Source: Eledone cirrhosa (lineage: Eukaryota). From it: 64,000 bases of DNA. Position 1 is the first letter of the stretch. Each line of letters begins with the position of its first letter. The notes under the pieces are model-generated. The model was not told the origin of the DNA. It ran no database searches and saw only the letters and a list, made by a program, of their open reading frames with translations. Made by a program: the position numbers and the translations under genes. Below, one piece after another: positions 1 through 12,800 of the stretch. The DNA lies in NCBI GenBank assembly GCA_964016885.1, contig OZ024745.1, positions 73,966,001-74,030,000 on the forward strand, read 5' to 3'.

Positions 1-1860
1 CCTCCAAATAGAAAACGGACCCCCAAATAAAAAACCGGACGCCCACCCCATCCCCAAATAAAAAAATGAACGACCCACAACCCCACACCCAAATGAAAAA
101 CGGATCCCCCAAATAAAAAACGGACGCCCCCACACCCAAATAAAACACAGACCCTCCCATCCCCAAATAAAAAAACGGACCCCCCACACCCAAATAAAAA
201 ACAGACCCTCCCATCCCCAAATAAAAAACGGATCCCCCAAATAAAAAACGGATCCCCAAATAAAAAACGGACACCCCACTCCCAAATGAATAACGGACCC
301 CCAATGAAAAACGTACCCCCCCAATAAAAAACGGACCACCTCTGCCCACCCATAAATAAAAACGGACCCACACGACCCACCCAAATAAAAAAAACGGTCC
401 ACCCCTCTCTACCCATAAATAAAAAAACGTTTCTTTTTTGAGGATGGGGGATCCGTTTTTTTATTTGGAGGGATCCGTTTTTTATTTGTGGAGGGGAGTC
501 CGTTTTTTATTTGGGGTTGGGGTGGGGTCTGATTTTTATTTTCGGGGATCCGTTTTTTATTTGGGGGGATCCGTTTATCATTTGGAGGTCGGTTTTTTAT
601 TTGGCGATGGGGTGTCCGTTTTTCATTTGGGTGTGGGATGGGTGTGATCCATTTTTTTATTTTGGGATGGGGTGGGGTGTCCGGATTTTGGGGGTCCGTT
701 TTTTATTTATGGGTGGGGTGGTGCGTTTTTTATTTTGGGGGGTTCCGTTTTTTATTTGGTGGTGGGCTGTCCATTTTTTTTTTGGGGGGGGGGGGGGGTA
801 CGTATTTTATTTGGGTGTGTGGTGGGGTGGTTCGTTTTTTATTTGGGGGTGTCCGTTTTTTATTTTGGGGTGGGGTGGGGGGTTCGTTTTTATTTGGGGG
901 TGGGGTGGGGGCATCCATTCTTTTCATTTGGGGTTGAGGAGGTCCGTTTTTTATTTAGGGGGATCCGTTTTTTATTTGGGGGTCCGTTTTTTATTTGGGG
1001 GTACGATTTTATTTGGGGAGGGTGGGGGATCCGGTTTTTATTTGGGGGACCGTTTTTTATTTGGTGGTGGGGGTCCGTTTATTATTTGGAGTGGGTTGGG
1101 GGGTACGTATTTTATTTGGGGGGTTCCGTTTTTTATTTTACGTAACCCCCACCCTCCCCAAATAAAAAACCATTCGCCCAAAACAAAAAACGGACCCTCA
1201 ACGCCCCACACCCCAAATAAAAAACGGACACCCAAATAAAAAACGGACCCCCACCCCACCCCAAATAAAAAAACGGATCACCCCACCCCACCCCAAAGAA
1301 AAAACGTACCCCCCAAATAAAATACGGACTCTCCAAATAAAAAACGGAAGCCTCCACACCCTAATAAAAAACAGACCCTCCCATGCCCAAATAAAAAAAC
1401 CGACCCCCCCACCCCACCCCCAAATAAAAACGGACACCCCAAATAAAAAACGGACACCCCACACCCAAATAAAAAACAGACCCTCCCATCCCCAAATAAA
1501 AAACGGATCCCCCAATTAAAAAACTGACCTCCAAATGAAAAACGGACCCCCAATAAAAAAACGAACCCCCCAAATAAAAAAACGGACCACCCCTCTCCAC
1601 CCATAAAGAAAAAACGGACCCACACCACCCACCCGCCCAAATAAAGAAACGGAACACCAAATAAAAAACGTATCACCCCAAATAGCAAACGGACGCCCCC
1701 ACATCCAAAGAAAAAAACGTACCCCCAATTAAAAAATGGACCCCCAAATATAAAACGGATTCCTCCAAATAAAAAACGGGTCCCCCACACTCAAATAAAA
1801 AAACACACCCTCCCATCCCCAAATAAAAAACGGACACCCCATCACACCCCCAAATCACCC
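1..1860. repeat. Degenerate minisatellite/satellite array, ~20-35 bp monomer built on CCCC-AAATAAAAAA-CGGA, with internal inverted block ~429-1141
   Basis: CCCCAAATAAAAAACGGA recurs throughout 1-428 and 1142-1860; its reverse complement TCCGTTTTTTATTTGGGG fills 429-1141. The array runs off the window start. Confidence 0.95.
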
Positions 1861-2124
1861 TGCTTTAAAAATCAACTGAAAATTCAATTTCAAGTGAATT
1901 TGACTTCCGTCAGTCGTACGAAGAACAATTTCAACGATACACTGTGTACCTACAATTGATCCATTATTTATGCTCAATTACACACTTGCTCTACTAACCT
2001 CTGTTTTTTTTCCTTGAGGTTCGAAGATTTTTGCACCTGTGATGCGCGGGAAGTAACTTTTACACATTTTAACAACAGAACAAAGGTCGACTTACACTCG
2101 GGCAACGCCGGGTACTTCTGCTAG
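1861..2124 (+). mobile_element. Helitron-like (rolling-circle) 3' terminus; the upstream satellite is probably internal to this element
   Basis: GC-rich hairpin ACTCGG-GCAACG-CCGGGT (2096-2113), then CTAG (2121-2124) followed by T. This is the canonical Helitron 3' signature. Confidence 0.7.
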
Positions 2125-3275
2125 TATGTATGTATGTATGTATGTATGTATGTATGTATGTTTTCTCTTTCTCTTAATTTTGAGTATATTTTTTTGACCG
2201 GCCACCTTCCTGGTGGCAAGGTTGTAAAAGAAAAGAAATTGTCATCCCTTGAATCGCAAGAATGTTTTGCAAATTTTGAAGGTGCCAGCTATCGCAGCCA
2301 TTTGTAGACTATGTATGTATGTATGTATGTATGTATGTATGTATGTATGTATGTATGTGTGTGTGTGTGTGTGTATTAAGTATATATATGAAAGATGATA
2401 ATGGATGATGAAAATTACATTTTATTGCATATGCCTTTACAATTGTTTCCATACTTCCTTTTACTTCTCAATTGATTTTACACAATTTATACTTATATAA
2501 GTCTCTAAGCCAATACTACGTAACTTTCTCAGAAACATTTCAACAGGATCAATCAATTGAATATATTCTGGAATTCATCAATTGAATACACACAGCTGTT
2601 TCAAATTTATATCCATATACCTAGGTATCCAATATCTCTAACATTTATTTTTATCATCTAGTCAGCCTTCAGCGAGCAGCCCAATGATCAAAGGCATTCC
2701 AGCCGTGATAATTCCGTTTTGTTTTCAGTCATAGTAAGATGGACTCAATTATGCAATGTATCCTTTTCGAAGATTCTAGCAACTTTTGACAACTATCTAA
2801 TGCAGATCAAGCAACCACATAGAAACACCCAAAGTAGCTAGGTCTTGAGGATTTTCACGAAGATAATCGGATAAATAGGAGCATTAAGGTGTCAAACTAA
2901 ATCCTTTACAACAGGTACGGGTCGGTACGTTTTAGCTTCGGATGACACCAATGTCATCCCTCATGAGCCTATAATATAATAGGTAGTTTTCCCGCAAAAG
3001 AGACGATGAAATCTGTGAGTTTGTGTTGAAGATAGAATTAGTATTTCAGTAGTTCTGAAGCTTTGCCGTGGCAACATTATAAAGTCTACTTGGCTATTTT
3101 TGAGATAAAACAATACTCAACCTGTCAGAATTCGAGAATGACAATCTAATTATTTTCAATATTATTCATTTCTCTCTCTCTCTGAGAGAGAGAAAGATCC
3201 GTTAAGGGTGAAAGCAGCGATTCTTTGCTTAAACTTTAATCTGATATATATATATATATATTTTTTTTTTTTGAA

Positions 3276-3392
3276 GGCGTGTGGCTGAGTGGTTAGAGAA
3301 TTGGATTCACAATCTTGAGGCTGTGGGTTCGAGTCCTGAACCGGTCGATGCGTTATGTCCTTGAGCAAAACATTTTATTTCACGCTGCTCCT
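3276..3392 (+). mobile_element. tRNA-derived SINE, 5' part
   Basis: A-box TGGCTGAGTGG, B-box GGTTCGAGTCC, then GTCCTTGAGCAAAACA core shared with the copy at 51.3-51.6 kb. Confidence 0.8.
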
Positions 3393-4721
3393 TCTACCTG
3401 GGGTTGCGACCGATAGATAGTACTAGCAGCTGGAAAGACCAGCAACTGGAAAGACCGATGGAAACATTGTTTCCTCAGTTCGATTTGACGAAAGTCGATC
3501 GATTTAAAAAATATATATATATACATATATATATATTTATTTATATATATATATATATACATTTGTGTATGTGTGTGTGTGTGTGTGTTTACGTACATAT
3601 TTCAGTGTGTATGGACAGATGGTTGTGCATATTTAAGGGTAAATATTTGCGTATGTATGTGACGAGCTCGGCTTTTAGCTTTCTGTTTTTGAGATAAATA
3701 ATACAGCAGAAGTTAAATCAGACACATTCACATATTCCTTCCCCAAAGAGTTGGTTCAAGGATAAATGAAGTTAGAGGTGAGTCGTGAAGATAAACACCA
3801 TTTTTCAGTTGTATTGGCAATTGTTAAGACTGCACCAATGGAATATTGTTCAGAAGTTACACTGCAGCGGTACTTAATATGTGTGGCTTATTGCAAACAC
3901 TTATAAACGCGCGCGTGTATATACATATTAACAGCCGTACACGTGTGCATGTGGATATATACATACATGTTTAAATGCCTATGTGCTATTGAAGTCTCCG
4001 TCGCTCTCACATCATATATATATATATACATACACACTCTCTCTCTCACAGACACACACACACCAAAGCACACACACACACACATATATATATATAACAC
4101 GATTGTGAGTTAATATGCAATACGTAGGCATGTGTGCATGTATCTATGAATGTCTTTGCCCACCATTTTCTCATATTCCTCTGTGCATCTATACACATAC
4201 GCACACACGAATACATACACACATATACATACCTATTATATAGGAATGTTATGTATGCTTGTATGCATGTATCTATGTATGTATGCATCTATCTATGTAT
4301 GTATGGTTGCTTTATAGCTAAATATATGCATATAATTTCATTTATATTAATATATTCAGATTTATTCAATGATTCTGAGATGAAATTTTGGCAGTGGAAA
4401 TTCAAAATTATTCCTTCATTTCCATTCTATTAAATGCAGTTACAATATTTCCCGTGTATTTGGCGAACGACCTTCCTGCTATTTGTAAGAACAGTATGGC
4501 ATAGGTTCCAATATATATACAGCTATAATTAACAAACAATTGCTGAAAACAAGCAACAGGCGCCCACCATTTATTTTGTTCAATTCATTTATATTTTGAT
4601 AATTTGTCTGTTCCAGCCGATCGTTTCCCGCCTACCTTGCCTTTCTTATATCTTTCACCAATTCCATTATGCATGGCTTCCTCTAAATAGTTAGGATACT
4701 GCACCAACTGATTACCTAACG

Positions 4722-5185
4722 AAACTACTACTACTACTACTACTTTACTACTACTACTACCACCACCACCACGACTACTATGCACCAACGATGGATTCTC
4801 TATGTGGTCAGTTCATTTGCTAGAAATAAATAGCCAAACATTTCTTCACGGTCTTCAAAATAGTAAAGACAGACTGTAGTCTTAAGCTATGCTTGAAGAT
4901 TGTTCTGCTGAGTTGGAGCTAAATGTGACCACCACTAACAACAACTACTACTGCTACTGTTGCCGTTATTGCAGCTGATGATGGTGGTGGTGCTGGTGGC
5001 GGTAGTGGTTGTGATGATGATGGGGATGGTGGTGATGTTGTTGATGATGATGATGGTGGTGATGGTGATGGTGCTGGTGGAGGTGGCGGTGATGGTGGTG
5101 GTGGTGGTGGTCGTGATGATGTTGTTGATGATGATGGTGGTGGTGATGGTGGTGGTGGTCGTGATGATGATGATAATGATCGTGG

Positions 5186-5220
<35 letters not shown>

Positions 5221-5255
5221 GTGGTGATGGCGGTGGTAGTGATGATGATGATGCT
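4722..5255. repeat. Trinucleotide microsatellites (CTA)n/(CCA)n and compound (GAT/GGT)n
   Basis: Directly visible; explains the poly-M/V/T/I ORFs. Confidence 0.95.
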
Positions 5256-5281
5256 ACCACTTCTACTAGTAGTATTTATAA

Positions 5282-5650
5282 TAATAATTGCTTCTACTTT
5301 TGGCACAAGGCCAGCAATTACCCCAGTGTATTGCTTTGTTTTATCAACCCCTTTAGGATGAAAGGCAAAATTAACCTCGGCGGGATTTGAACTCAGAATG
5401 TAAAGGGCCATAACTCTATGCTGCAAAGCATGGTGTTTGATGCTCTACCGATTCTGCCAATTAATAATTGTTTCTACTTTTGTCACAAGGCCAGCAATTA
5501 TCCCAGTGCATTACTGGTACTTTATTTTATCGACCCCGTAAGGATGAAAGGCAAAGTTAACCTCGGCGGGATTTGAACTCAGAGCATAAAGGGTCGTAAC
5601 TCTATGCTGCAAAGCATGGTGTCCGACTCTCTACCGATACTGCCAATCCA
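5282..5650 (-). mobile_element. Two tandem copies of a Nin-domain tRNA-derived SINE
   Basis: Reverse complement reads TGGCAGAATCGGTAGAGC...GAGTTCAAATCCCGCCGAGGTTAACTTTGCCTTTCATCC..CGGGGTCGATAAAATAAAGTACCAG, with tail CTGGCCTTGTGCCAAAAGTAGAAACAATTATT. Units are ~5282-5460 and ~5463-5650. Confidence 0.85.
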
Positions 5651-5954
5651 CCGCCTAATTCTGCCAAATAATAATGATGCCTATCATTGGTATCATAGCA
5701 GACCATTCGGTGTAATAGAGCGAAGAGGAGGTTATTATTGTTATCGTTACGATAATCATTATTGTGATTTTTACCATAACACAAATAATACAATATACAG
5801 TAATGATAATCTCTAAAGTGAGGAAAAATCAATCGTATCGACCTCTTGGCAGTTAGTTAGTTTATCGTCTCTACTAGGAATAACGATCAAAATTGACTTG
5901 ATGAGATTTGAAGCCAAAACGTAAATGGATCTAGACTCAAAATGTCTGGTTTCT

Positions 5955-6270
5955 AGTCTGTCTCAAGCCAAGAGGCTCATCAGGCTGTTGCTTATCTCGT
6001 ATTCGTGGGGCGAAGCGACTGAGAGTACAAGCCTCCCTTGCCCTGAACAGGACGCCAGTCCATCGCAGGCCTAAAGTCTGTCTTGAGCCATGTGGCTCGC
6101 CAGGGCGGTGCTTATCCCAGTTTCGTAGCGTGAAGCAACTGAGAATATAAGACTACCACCGGACATGGCACCAGTCCATCACAAGGTTAACCCCTAGTTA
6201 TTGCTGGTACTCATTTTCAGCTAAGTATACTGGAGCAACGTGAAATGAAGTGTTTTGCTCAAGAACACAA
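5955..6270 (-). mobile_element. SINE 3' portion with duplicated tail (same family as 51335-51572)
   Basis: Reverse-complement match to 51.36-51.57 kb (TCTTGAGCAAAACACTTCATTTC...CAGTCGCTTC...GAGCC..GGCTTGAGACAGAC); the tail occurs twice. Confidence 0.75.
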
Positions 6271-6500
6271 CTCTGGCCTCCACAGAGTTAAAACTAAATA
6301 CCACAAAACATTTTGTCTGACGCTCTGCCTATTTTGACAATCCACTATGTTAATGATTCCGAAATAGCCCAAATAAGCGGATGGTGTGAATTTCTATTTA
6401 TTATTAATTTTAGGACTGTAATTTTAACTTAATTATAAGTTAGTCAGAAAGATGGGGCAGTACCAAAACAGTTGTAGGCCGCACAGACAAGTGAATGGTG

Positions 6501-6641
<141 letters not shown>

Positions 6642-7319
6642 TGTTTGCAAAAAAAGTGTTAGGGAAGAGAGAATTCCAGAGGGCTGCAGACTTGAAAATG
6701 AAGGATTAACCGTAATTTTAGTGCTGGGTATAGGGATACACAGTAGGAATATCTAATGAAAGAGAGACGAATGTGTCAGCTTCAGGGGGACAGATGCTGT
6801 TTCAGTAACAGTGAAAGAGGGAAAAAAATTCAACGCATCTTTGACATAACAGCTGTATTCATTTTGCGTCTTTATGTTATTGAAAGAGACTAGAATGTTA
6901 TTTCTTCGTTGAATGATGTGTCCTGTGTCCCTGCTTCATTCAGACAATGTAAATATGGCATTAGATGTCCAACATGCCTGTAGATGACACATGTTTGCGA
7001 AGGATTAAGAAGGTATGAAAGGTAGTATCATTTGCATAGGATTGTGTATGACTGGCAGGGACATCAAGAGTTCTTCATTGAGGCAAGAAAGTGTAAAGCA
7101 GAAAAGTGTCCAATAACTGTAAAGATAATTAAAATCACCAAAACTAAAATAGAAAGTGGCAAAGAAAGACCTAAACGGGCAATATCCATCCAGTAGAATT
7201 AAGTTATTAACCAAAAATGCAACCAAAATCCATCTGGAAAACGAGAAAAAAAGTAGAGGAATTCAGTTTGAATCTTTAAAAAAGGAAAGTGACGAGTTTA
7301 GATGGCATATGGTTAGATG

Positions 7320-7920
7320 GGATATATGCAAGGGTGACAGAAGTGATTTCAATAATTAGAGGGGTATGTCTCTTCTTAGTATAGAAGGCAGATTCTAAGA
7401 CTTCAGAAACCTACTGGTAAAATATATGTTGAGTGGCAATGTGGTCTCCACACCATTAAGTCTGCCATAGGCATGACCATTTCACCACACCAACTTCAAG
7501 TAAAGAGTCAAGAATAGAACAGCCACTGCATCTGGCTTTCATTAATCCAACAAAAGCCTTTGGCCGTACGCATTCAAGCGCTTAACCGAACGTGTCCACA
7601 TCTACTCCGAGTCTAATTATAGCCAGACTAATGAACAAATTTAAGACGAGTAAAGTTGACATCAGACAAATGTTGTTTATTGATGATACAGTATCTTCTC
7701 AAGGTCTGTGAAAATCTTACAAAACTTTTTCGAGAGATTTTCTAAAGCTTGCGACCTGCTTGGTGTCACAATATGCCTCAATTCATGAAACAAAGCAGTC
7801 GGGCTTTCCTTGCATTACGCTTAAAGTAACGAAAGTGGACGTGATACACTAGTTTCAGTATCGACATACAAAATCGGTATAATTGCAGAATTTAAGAAGC
7901 GCATTGGTAAAACAATCTTT
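7320..7920 (+). mobile_element. Decayed RTE-clade LINE reverse transcriptase fragment
   Basis: Frameshifted translation gives KGDRSDFNN.RGMSLLSIEG, EWQCG and DIRQMLFIDD, matching RTE motifs KGDRxDCNNYRGISLLS, ESQCGF and LLFADD. Confidence 0.75.
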
Positions 7921-9104
7921 CAAAACAAAAAAAAAATAAGATAACTGAAATTGTAAAGATTCTCTCTTTAGAAGAATTAATAGATTATATTACATAACTT
8001 TAAATAGGGCATCCTCATACCAAAGGATTTTAGCTACTCTTACGATGTCTAGTATTTTTGTAATTATCATTTTAACAATGGACATATGTTGACTGTAAAT
8101 TTGTTTAAAAGATTTTCATCTTTATACAATGAAATGTATCAATATAATCGTATCCACACTTAGAGAGATGCATTTTACGATAGTGACATGTACAATCTAA
8201 GTAATGCACATATTATATCATCTGCAGGTGGTCCAGCAGATGATATAATATGTGTAACTGCATTTTAAGTATTCTTTTAATTGCTTACTGAGTGTTTGAA
8301 GATTTCGCAAGGGATTACACGGCTACACATGTGCAACACTTGAGTCTTTGAGAAATCAATGCTAGTAAATAGTATAAAATAGAGTCAAAATCGACACCAG
8401 AAAGACATCTTGTCATTCATATTTCAAGATGATTAAAATTGTCTGTTTATTTTATGTTGTCCTCCTAGTTGGACTACTGGAAACTTGTTCTGCAAAAAAA
8501 TTCTGAATGAAAATCATCTCTCTGAAAGTGACGACAACGCTAAAGTCTTTCAAGATAGACAGTATTCTGAAAGTTCTATTCCAAAAGTCCTTAATAATCT
8601 AACAATATAATTTTCTCCCCTAAAAATGCGCATTTGACTAGGTATGTACGTCTTCCTTGATTTCATAGATAATTGTATTATACAAATTTAAGAAAAAAAC
8701 AAAGGCATTTTATGGTTAACTTGTCAACTTTCTTCAGATGAACTATCTAAATGTTTCTAGAAAAATATTGTGCAATATATTCATATAGGTAGTTATTTAA
8801 TTCGTTATATGAATAACTTCCATAGAAACAAAATCACATATGCAAAATTTATATAATATATTGTAAATATCAATGAATTCTAAACACTTTAAACTTTAAA
8901 TAACTTCATATATTGTTGATTTCATTTTTCTCTCCATTCAAACCCGCGAAGACTAGGCATTTTAGAGATAGCCTTTACTCGCCACGTTGTAGCTACTTCA
9001 CTGGGTTGTGAGAGTTTACTTGGGAGCTACAGGTGTCACACATTGCTCCATCTTCCCTAGTAGTTTACCGCTATTATTGTCTCTGATCTCTTTGATTCTG
9101 TGCC

Positions 9105-10083
9105 GGATGTTCGTAATTAAGAGAGGAGCTGAGCTGTCAACTGATCACCATCTAATTATTTGTAACTTGAGACTAACTAAAGCCAAGGAAGCTCACGAAA
9201 CTGGCAAGTCCAGGGCGACCTACAAGATAAAGTGGGAAACATTGGTGAATAAAGAAGTCAGGACCAGGTATGCAGATAGTATTGCATCCAAATTCAAAGA
9301 ACTCCCTAAGCAAACTGAGGAGGCTGAGACAGAGTGGAGATTGTTCAGCTCAGCAGTTTCTGCCTTAGCTGTTAAATGCTGTGGACGAAAGAGGCTTAGT
9401 GTGGTGCCGGATGGCATGAGGACCCCTTGGTTCAATCAAGAGGTCAAAGATACCATCTAAGCAAAGAAGAGAGCTTAAAAAGCTTGGCTTGGAAATAAGT
9501 CCTACTACTTGCCCTTGCGGTACAAGCATACACAAAGAATTGCAGCAGAGAAACTAAAGGCGTCCAAAGTTAAGCCATGGGAGGATTTGGGGTTAAGCTG
9601 GAATCCGTCTTCAGATCAGCAAATAAAGTGTTCTGGCAGACCATCTGCCAACTTCGTAATAAGAAGCCCTCTTCAACACATACTATTAAGAATGCGTCTA
9701 GGGTTCTCTTCTCTTCAGAGAATTGAATCCTCGCGAGGTGGAGTGAATACTTTGCTGATCTCCTAAACCCAATCACAACAGCGTCTTCTGATGTACACGA
9801 GCCACTACTCCTCCAAATTGAGAAATCATAGCTCCGATGGGCAGGTGGTTAGAATGACTCAGGAAAGAATCTCTGTACAGATTTTACGACCAAACCCAAC
9901 CAGTAGGAGACCCAGGGGTAGATCCCGAGCAAGATGGTTGAATAACATTCATGAAATTAGCTGGTCTCACTTGGAGATCCAGGCGGATCAGTTGTTGCTT
10001 CTGACATGACTCGCTGGAAGGAGTGTTTGAGATCTCTGCTCCCATAACCATCTCAGTAATAAATGGGTGAAGAAGAAGAAGAA
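9105..10083 (+). mobile_element. Internally deleted RTE/Expander-like LINE relic with (GAA)n tail
   Basis: KRGAELSTDHHL (APE endonuclease C-terminal motif), TPWFNQEVKDTI, RRPRGRSRARW (RTE C-terminus), ending in GAAGAAGAAGAAG. Confidence 0.8.
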
Positions 10084-10673
10084 TATTAGTTGTTTAGAGA
10101 AAAGCAGAACACTTCCATTTGATGGAACCTTTGGAAGACCAAGACCAGGCGAGACCTGGGATGATATGGCGAAGACTATCCTTGGAAAGCTGAGCTTGAT
10201 GACAGAGATGACAAAAGAGGGTACGTGGTGCTAATTTAATATGTGCCTATTAAGCCCCCCTCCCCCATTTTATACACACCTCACCCACATTTCCACCTAC
10301 CACTTTCTGTTCATCCTTGTGTACTGTTACCGTGTAGAGAGGTCTGGAGCATGGCCTGACCATACCCGACCTCTCCTGTATCACTCTTACCTTTGTTCGA
10401 ATTACACACACACATACATATATACATACACATATACATTATATATATATATATATGTGTGTGGGATAACAAATTATCATTATAGGTAATCCAGTTAGAG
10501 GTTGTGAGTACTCTGTATTATGGATAGTTTTAACGTACGGCCTTGTTTGACTCAAGAAGCGGTGTCCTTAGTTAGGTGGCGAGTTCACGGGAATTCCTAT
10601 GCAGGTTAATCTTGGAGAAATAATAGTGAAAGAGTGAAGAATAACATGGTCAACAGTACAAAAAGGGTTTTAT

Positions 10674-10799
10674 TTACAGTATTAACAATTGTTTCGTTGA
10701 TTAGGATGTCTAAAGGCTGCTAATCACTCGAAGTTGTGTCACTCAATTTTAAATACAATGTATGCCTAATCAGGTCATCGGAATAACTGTTATTCCGAT

Positions 10800-10802
<3 letters not shown>
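10674..10802 (-). ncRNA. Degenerate minimal hammerhead motif in a Penelope-like pLTR remnant
   Basis: Minus strand: CAGTTATT-CCGATGA-cc-TGATTAGG...CCTAATCA-ac-GAAA-CAATTG-TT-AATACTG, with a terminal 29-bp hairpin GTCATCGGAATAAC-T-GTTATTCCGATGAC abutting (TA)n. Confidence 0.5.
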
Positions 10803-10850
<48 letters not shown>

Positions 10851-10934
10851 CGAAGGAAGTGTGCTAAGGAACCAGATGGACCATAACACACCAGAGTACT
10901 CAATACTTAGGGTAGTAGAGTAGGTAATAGCAAT

Positions 10935-11040
10935 TGTTCAAGACCTTGACGGCAGAGCTCAAGCCGTTTCGACGGCTATTTCTAGACGTCCAGAAATAGC
11001 CGTTGAAATGGCTTGAGCTCTGCCGTCTGAGTCTTCAACA
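10935..11040. repeat. Palindrome (~50 bp arms) containing the 3' half of a hammerhead in each arm
   Basis: Centre GAC|GTC at 10987/10988. Arms contain GAAA-CGGC-ttgagctct-GCCG-TC (stem III + GUC). A related copy lies at 15800-15850. Confidence 0.75.
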
Positions 11041-11149
11041 TTTTCCTATATATATATATAAATATATAGTGAAAATTAGAACGGCAACAGATACAGAGAG
11101 GCAGTACAAACAAAGGTTTATTAGTTTCACGCTCTTGAGAGTGGGAGAT

Positions 11150-11190
11150 AGGGAACGACGTTTCGGGCAGAAGCCCTTCTTCAGGAGAAA
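11150..11190 (-). ncRNA. Minimal hammerhead ribozyme motif of Penelope-like pLTR type
   Basis: Minus strand CTGAAGA-A-GGGC-TTCT-GCCC-GAAA-CG-TC; stem I pairing is not evident. Confidence 0.65.
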
Positions 11191-12800
11191 AGTGGGTGGG
11201 AAGAGAGTTCCGAGCGTGTGTGGGGGAGTGGTGGAGAGTCATTTAGAAAAAAGGGGGGAAGAAAAGGGAGGAAAACGGTGGAAGGGGTACAAATAAAAAT
11301 AAACAAAGATAAACAAATGGTGGAAGGGTGTGGGTGGCGGCGGGTGGAGTAGGGAGAGGGAGGCGGGGTGTCCGAGCGGGGAGGGCTGAAGGTGGTCTTT
11401 GTGTATGTGTGTAGGTGTACGTGTGTGTGTGCGTATGTGAATGTGAGAGTTGGGGGAAGAACGAGGTTCCATGTTCAGGAAAAGGTGTGTGTATGGGTGG
11501 GGTGTAGGTCAGTGTGTGCGTGTGGATGGGGGATTCCGGAGGCTGAGTGTGTTGGTGTTTATGCGTGGTGTTGATGTAGGTGGCATGATTCGAAAAATAA
11601 TTTGTGAGCGTATGTCCGTGGGTAAGTTCCTAAGGTAGTTCCGTAGAGGGTGCGAAGAGCTGCCGGATGTTTTCCATGTTATGGAGTGCATAGCTGGAAC
11701 GATGCCCGGTGGTGTGTAATACGTTTGTTGTGTTGGTCGGAAGTGGAGTGCGCGCGCAACAGAAAGTAGTCAGAGTGTCAACGCAGGATGAAGGCATAGC
11801 AGCAGAGGAGAATAACAGGTGGAGAAACTCAGTGTGGTGAGGACTGTGTGTCTGTGTGTGCGGAGGTGCGGTGGACAGGGGAGAGGATGGGTAGGTGTGA
11901 AAGGTGGAGTGGGGAGGGGGTCATGTGGGGGAAAGGGTGTGTATTAGTAGAGGTGTTAGTGGGATGTGTGTGTGGAACGGGAAGAGGGAGAGAAAAGGTG
12001 TGGGGGACAGTGGAGGGAGTGTAGTGTACTGGTGTGTGTGTGTGTGCGTGTTTGGATGAGTGTATGTGTGGTAAAGGGGGTGTTAGTATACTGGTGGTGG
12101 GGAAAGGGTTGAATGCGGGTGTGTTAGTGGTGGTTGGGTGTGTAGAGTGGGTGGGGTGTGTGTGTGTGTGAGAAGGTGTGTGTTCGTGGGGTCGGGGGGA
12201 TGTTAGTGGTATTAGTTGTGGGGTGGTTGGAGTGGATGTGTGGGTGAGGGTCAGTAGTGGTAGTAGGGTGTGTGGATAGTGTGAGTCCGTGATAGGGGGA
12301 GGGGTGGTGATGTTAGTATTGTTAGTTGGGGGAGGGTGGCCGAGGGTGGAGTGGGGATATTAGTATTGTTAGTTGTGGGGGTGGGCCAAGGGGGTGGGCG
12401 GTGAAAAGGAAGAGTGTGTTAGTGGTGGGTAGGTGTGTATATGGGGGGGGGGGGGTCGAGGGCTGAAGGAATAGAGGTGGGGAGTTCAGGCCGGGGTGTG
12501 TGTGGGTCAGTAGGGTGAAGATGGTGCGTAGTTCGACCGTGAGGCGGGTGTTCCGTGGCATTGGAGTAGGCCGCAGACTGTGAGGTGGTGGGCGGAATGT
12601 CCAGGGGAGCCAAAGTGGCGGGCGATGGGGGAACTCCCGCCGAGACGAATATCCCGGAGGTGTTCAGTGAAATGGTCCGCCAGGCGACGTCCAGTCTGTC
12701 CGACGTAGGTTGCGCTGCACTCCGTGCAGCGAAGTCCATAGCCTAGGTTGCAGGAGGTGCAGCAGAAGGCGTGCCGGACAGAGAGGGAGTGGCCGTTTGA
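11190..12800 (-). mobile_element. GC-rich, strand-skewed body of a putative HHR-bearing element with decayed Pro/Thr/His-rich coding potential
   Basis: Sharp compositional island. Minus-strand ORF pieces (12419-12739, 11509-11691) read toward the HHR at 11150-11190. No recognisable domain. Confidence 0.35.

Noticed and set aside
438-1858. Many overlapping Gly/Phe/Trp-rich ORFs
   Set aside because: They are translations of the satellite, which lacks stops on its G/T-rich strand.
1-1860. Telomeric repeat array
   Set aside because: No (TTAGGG)n; the monomer is longer and heterogeneous.
3276-3350. Functional tRNA gene
   Set aside because: Continues into a SINE core and lacks a paired acceptor stem.
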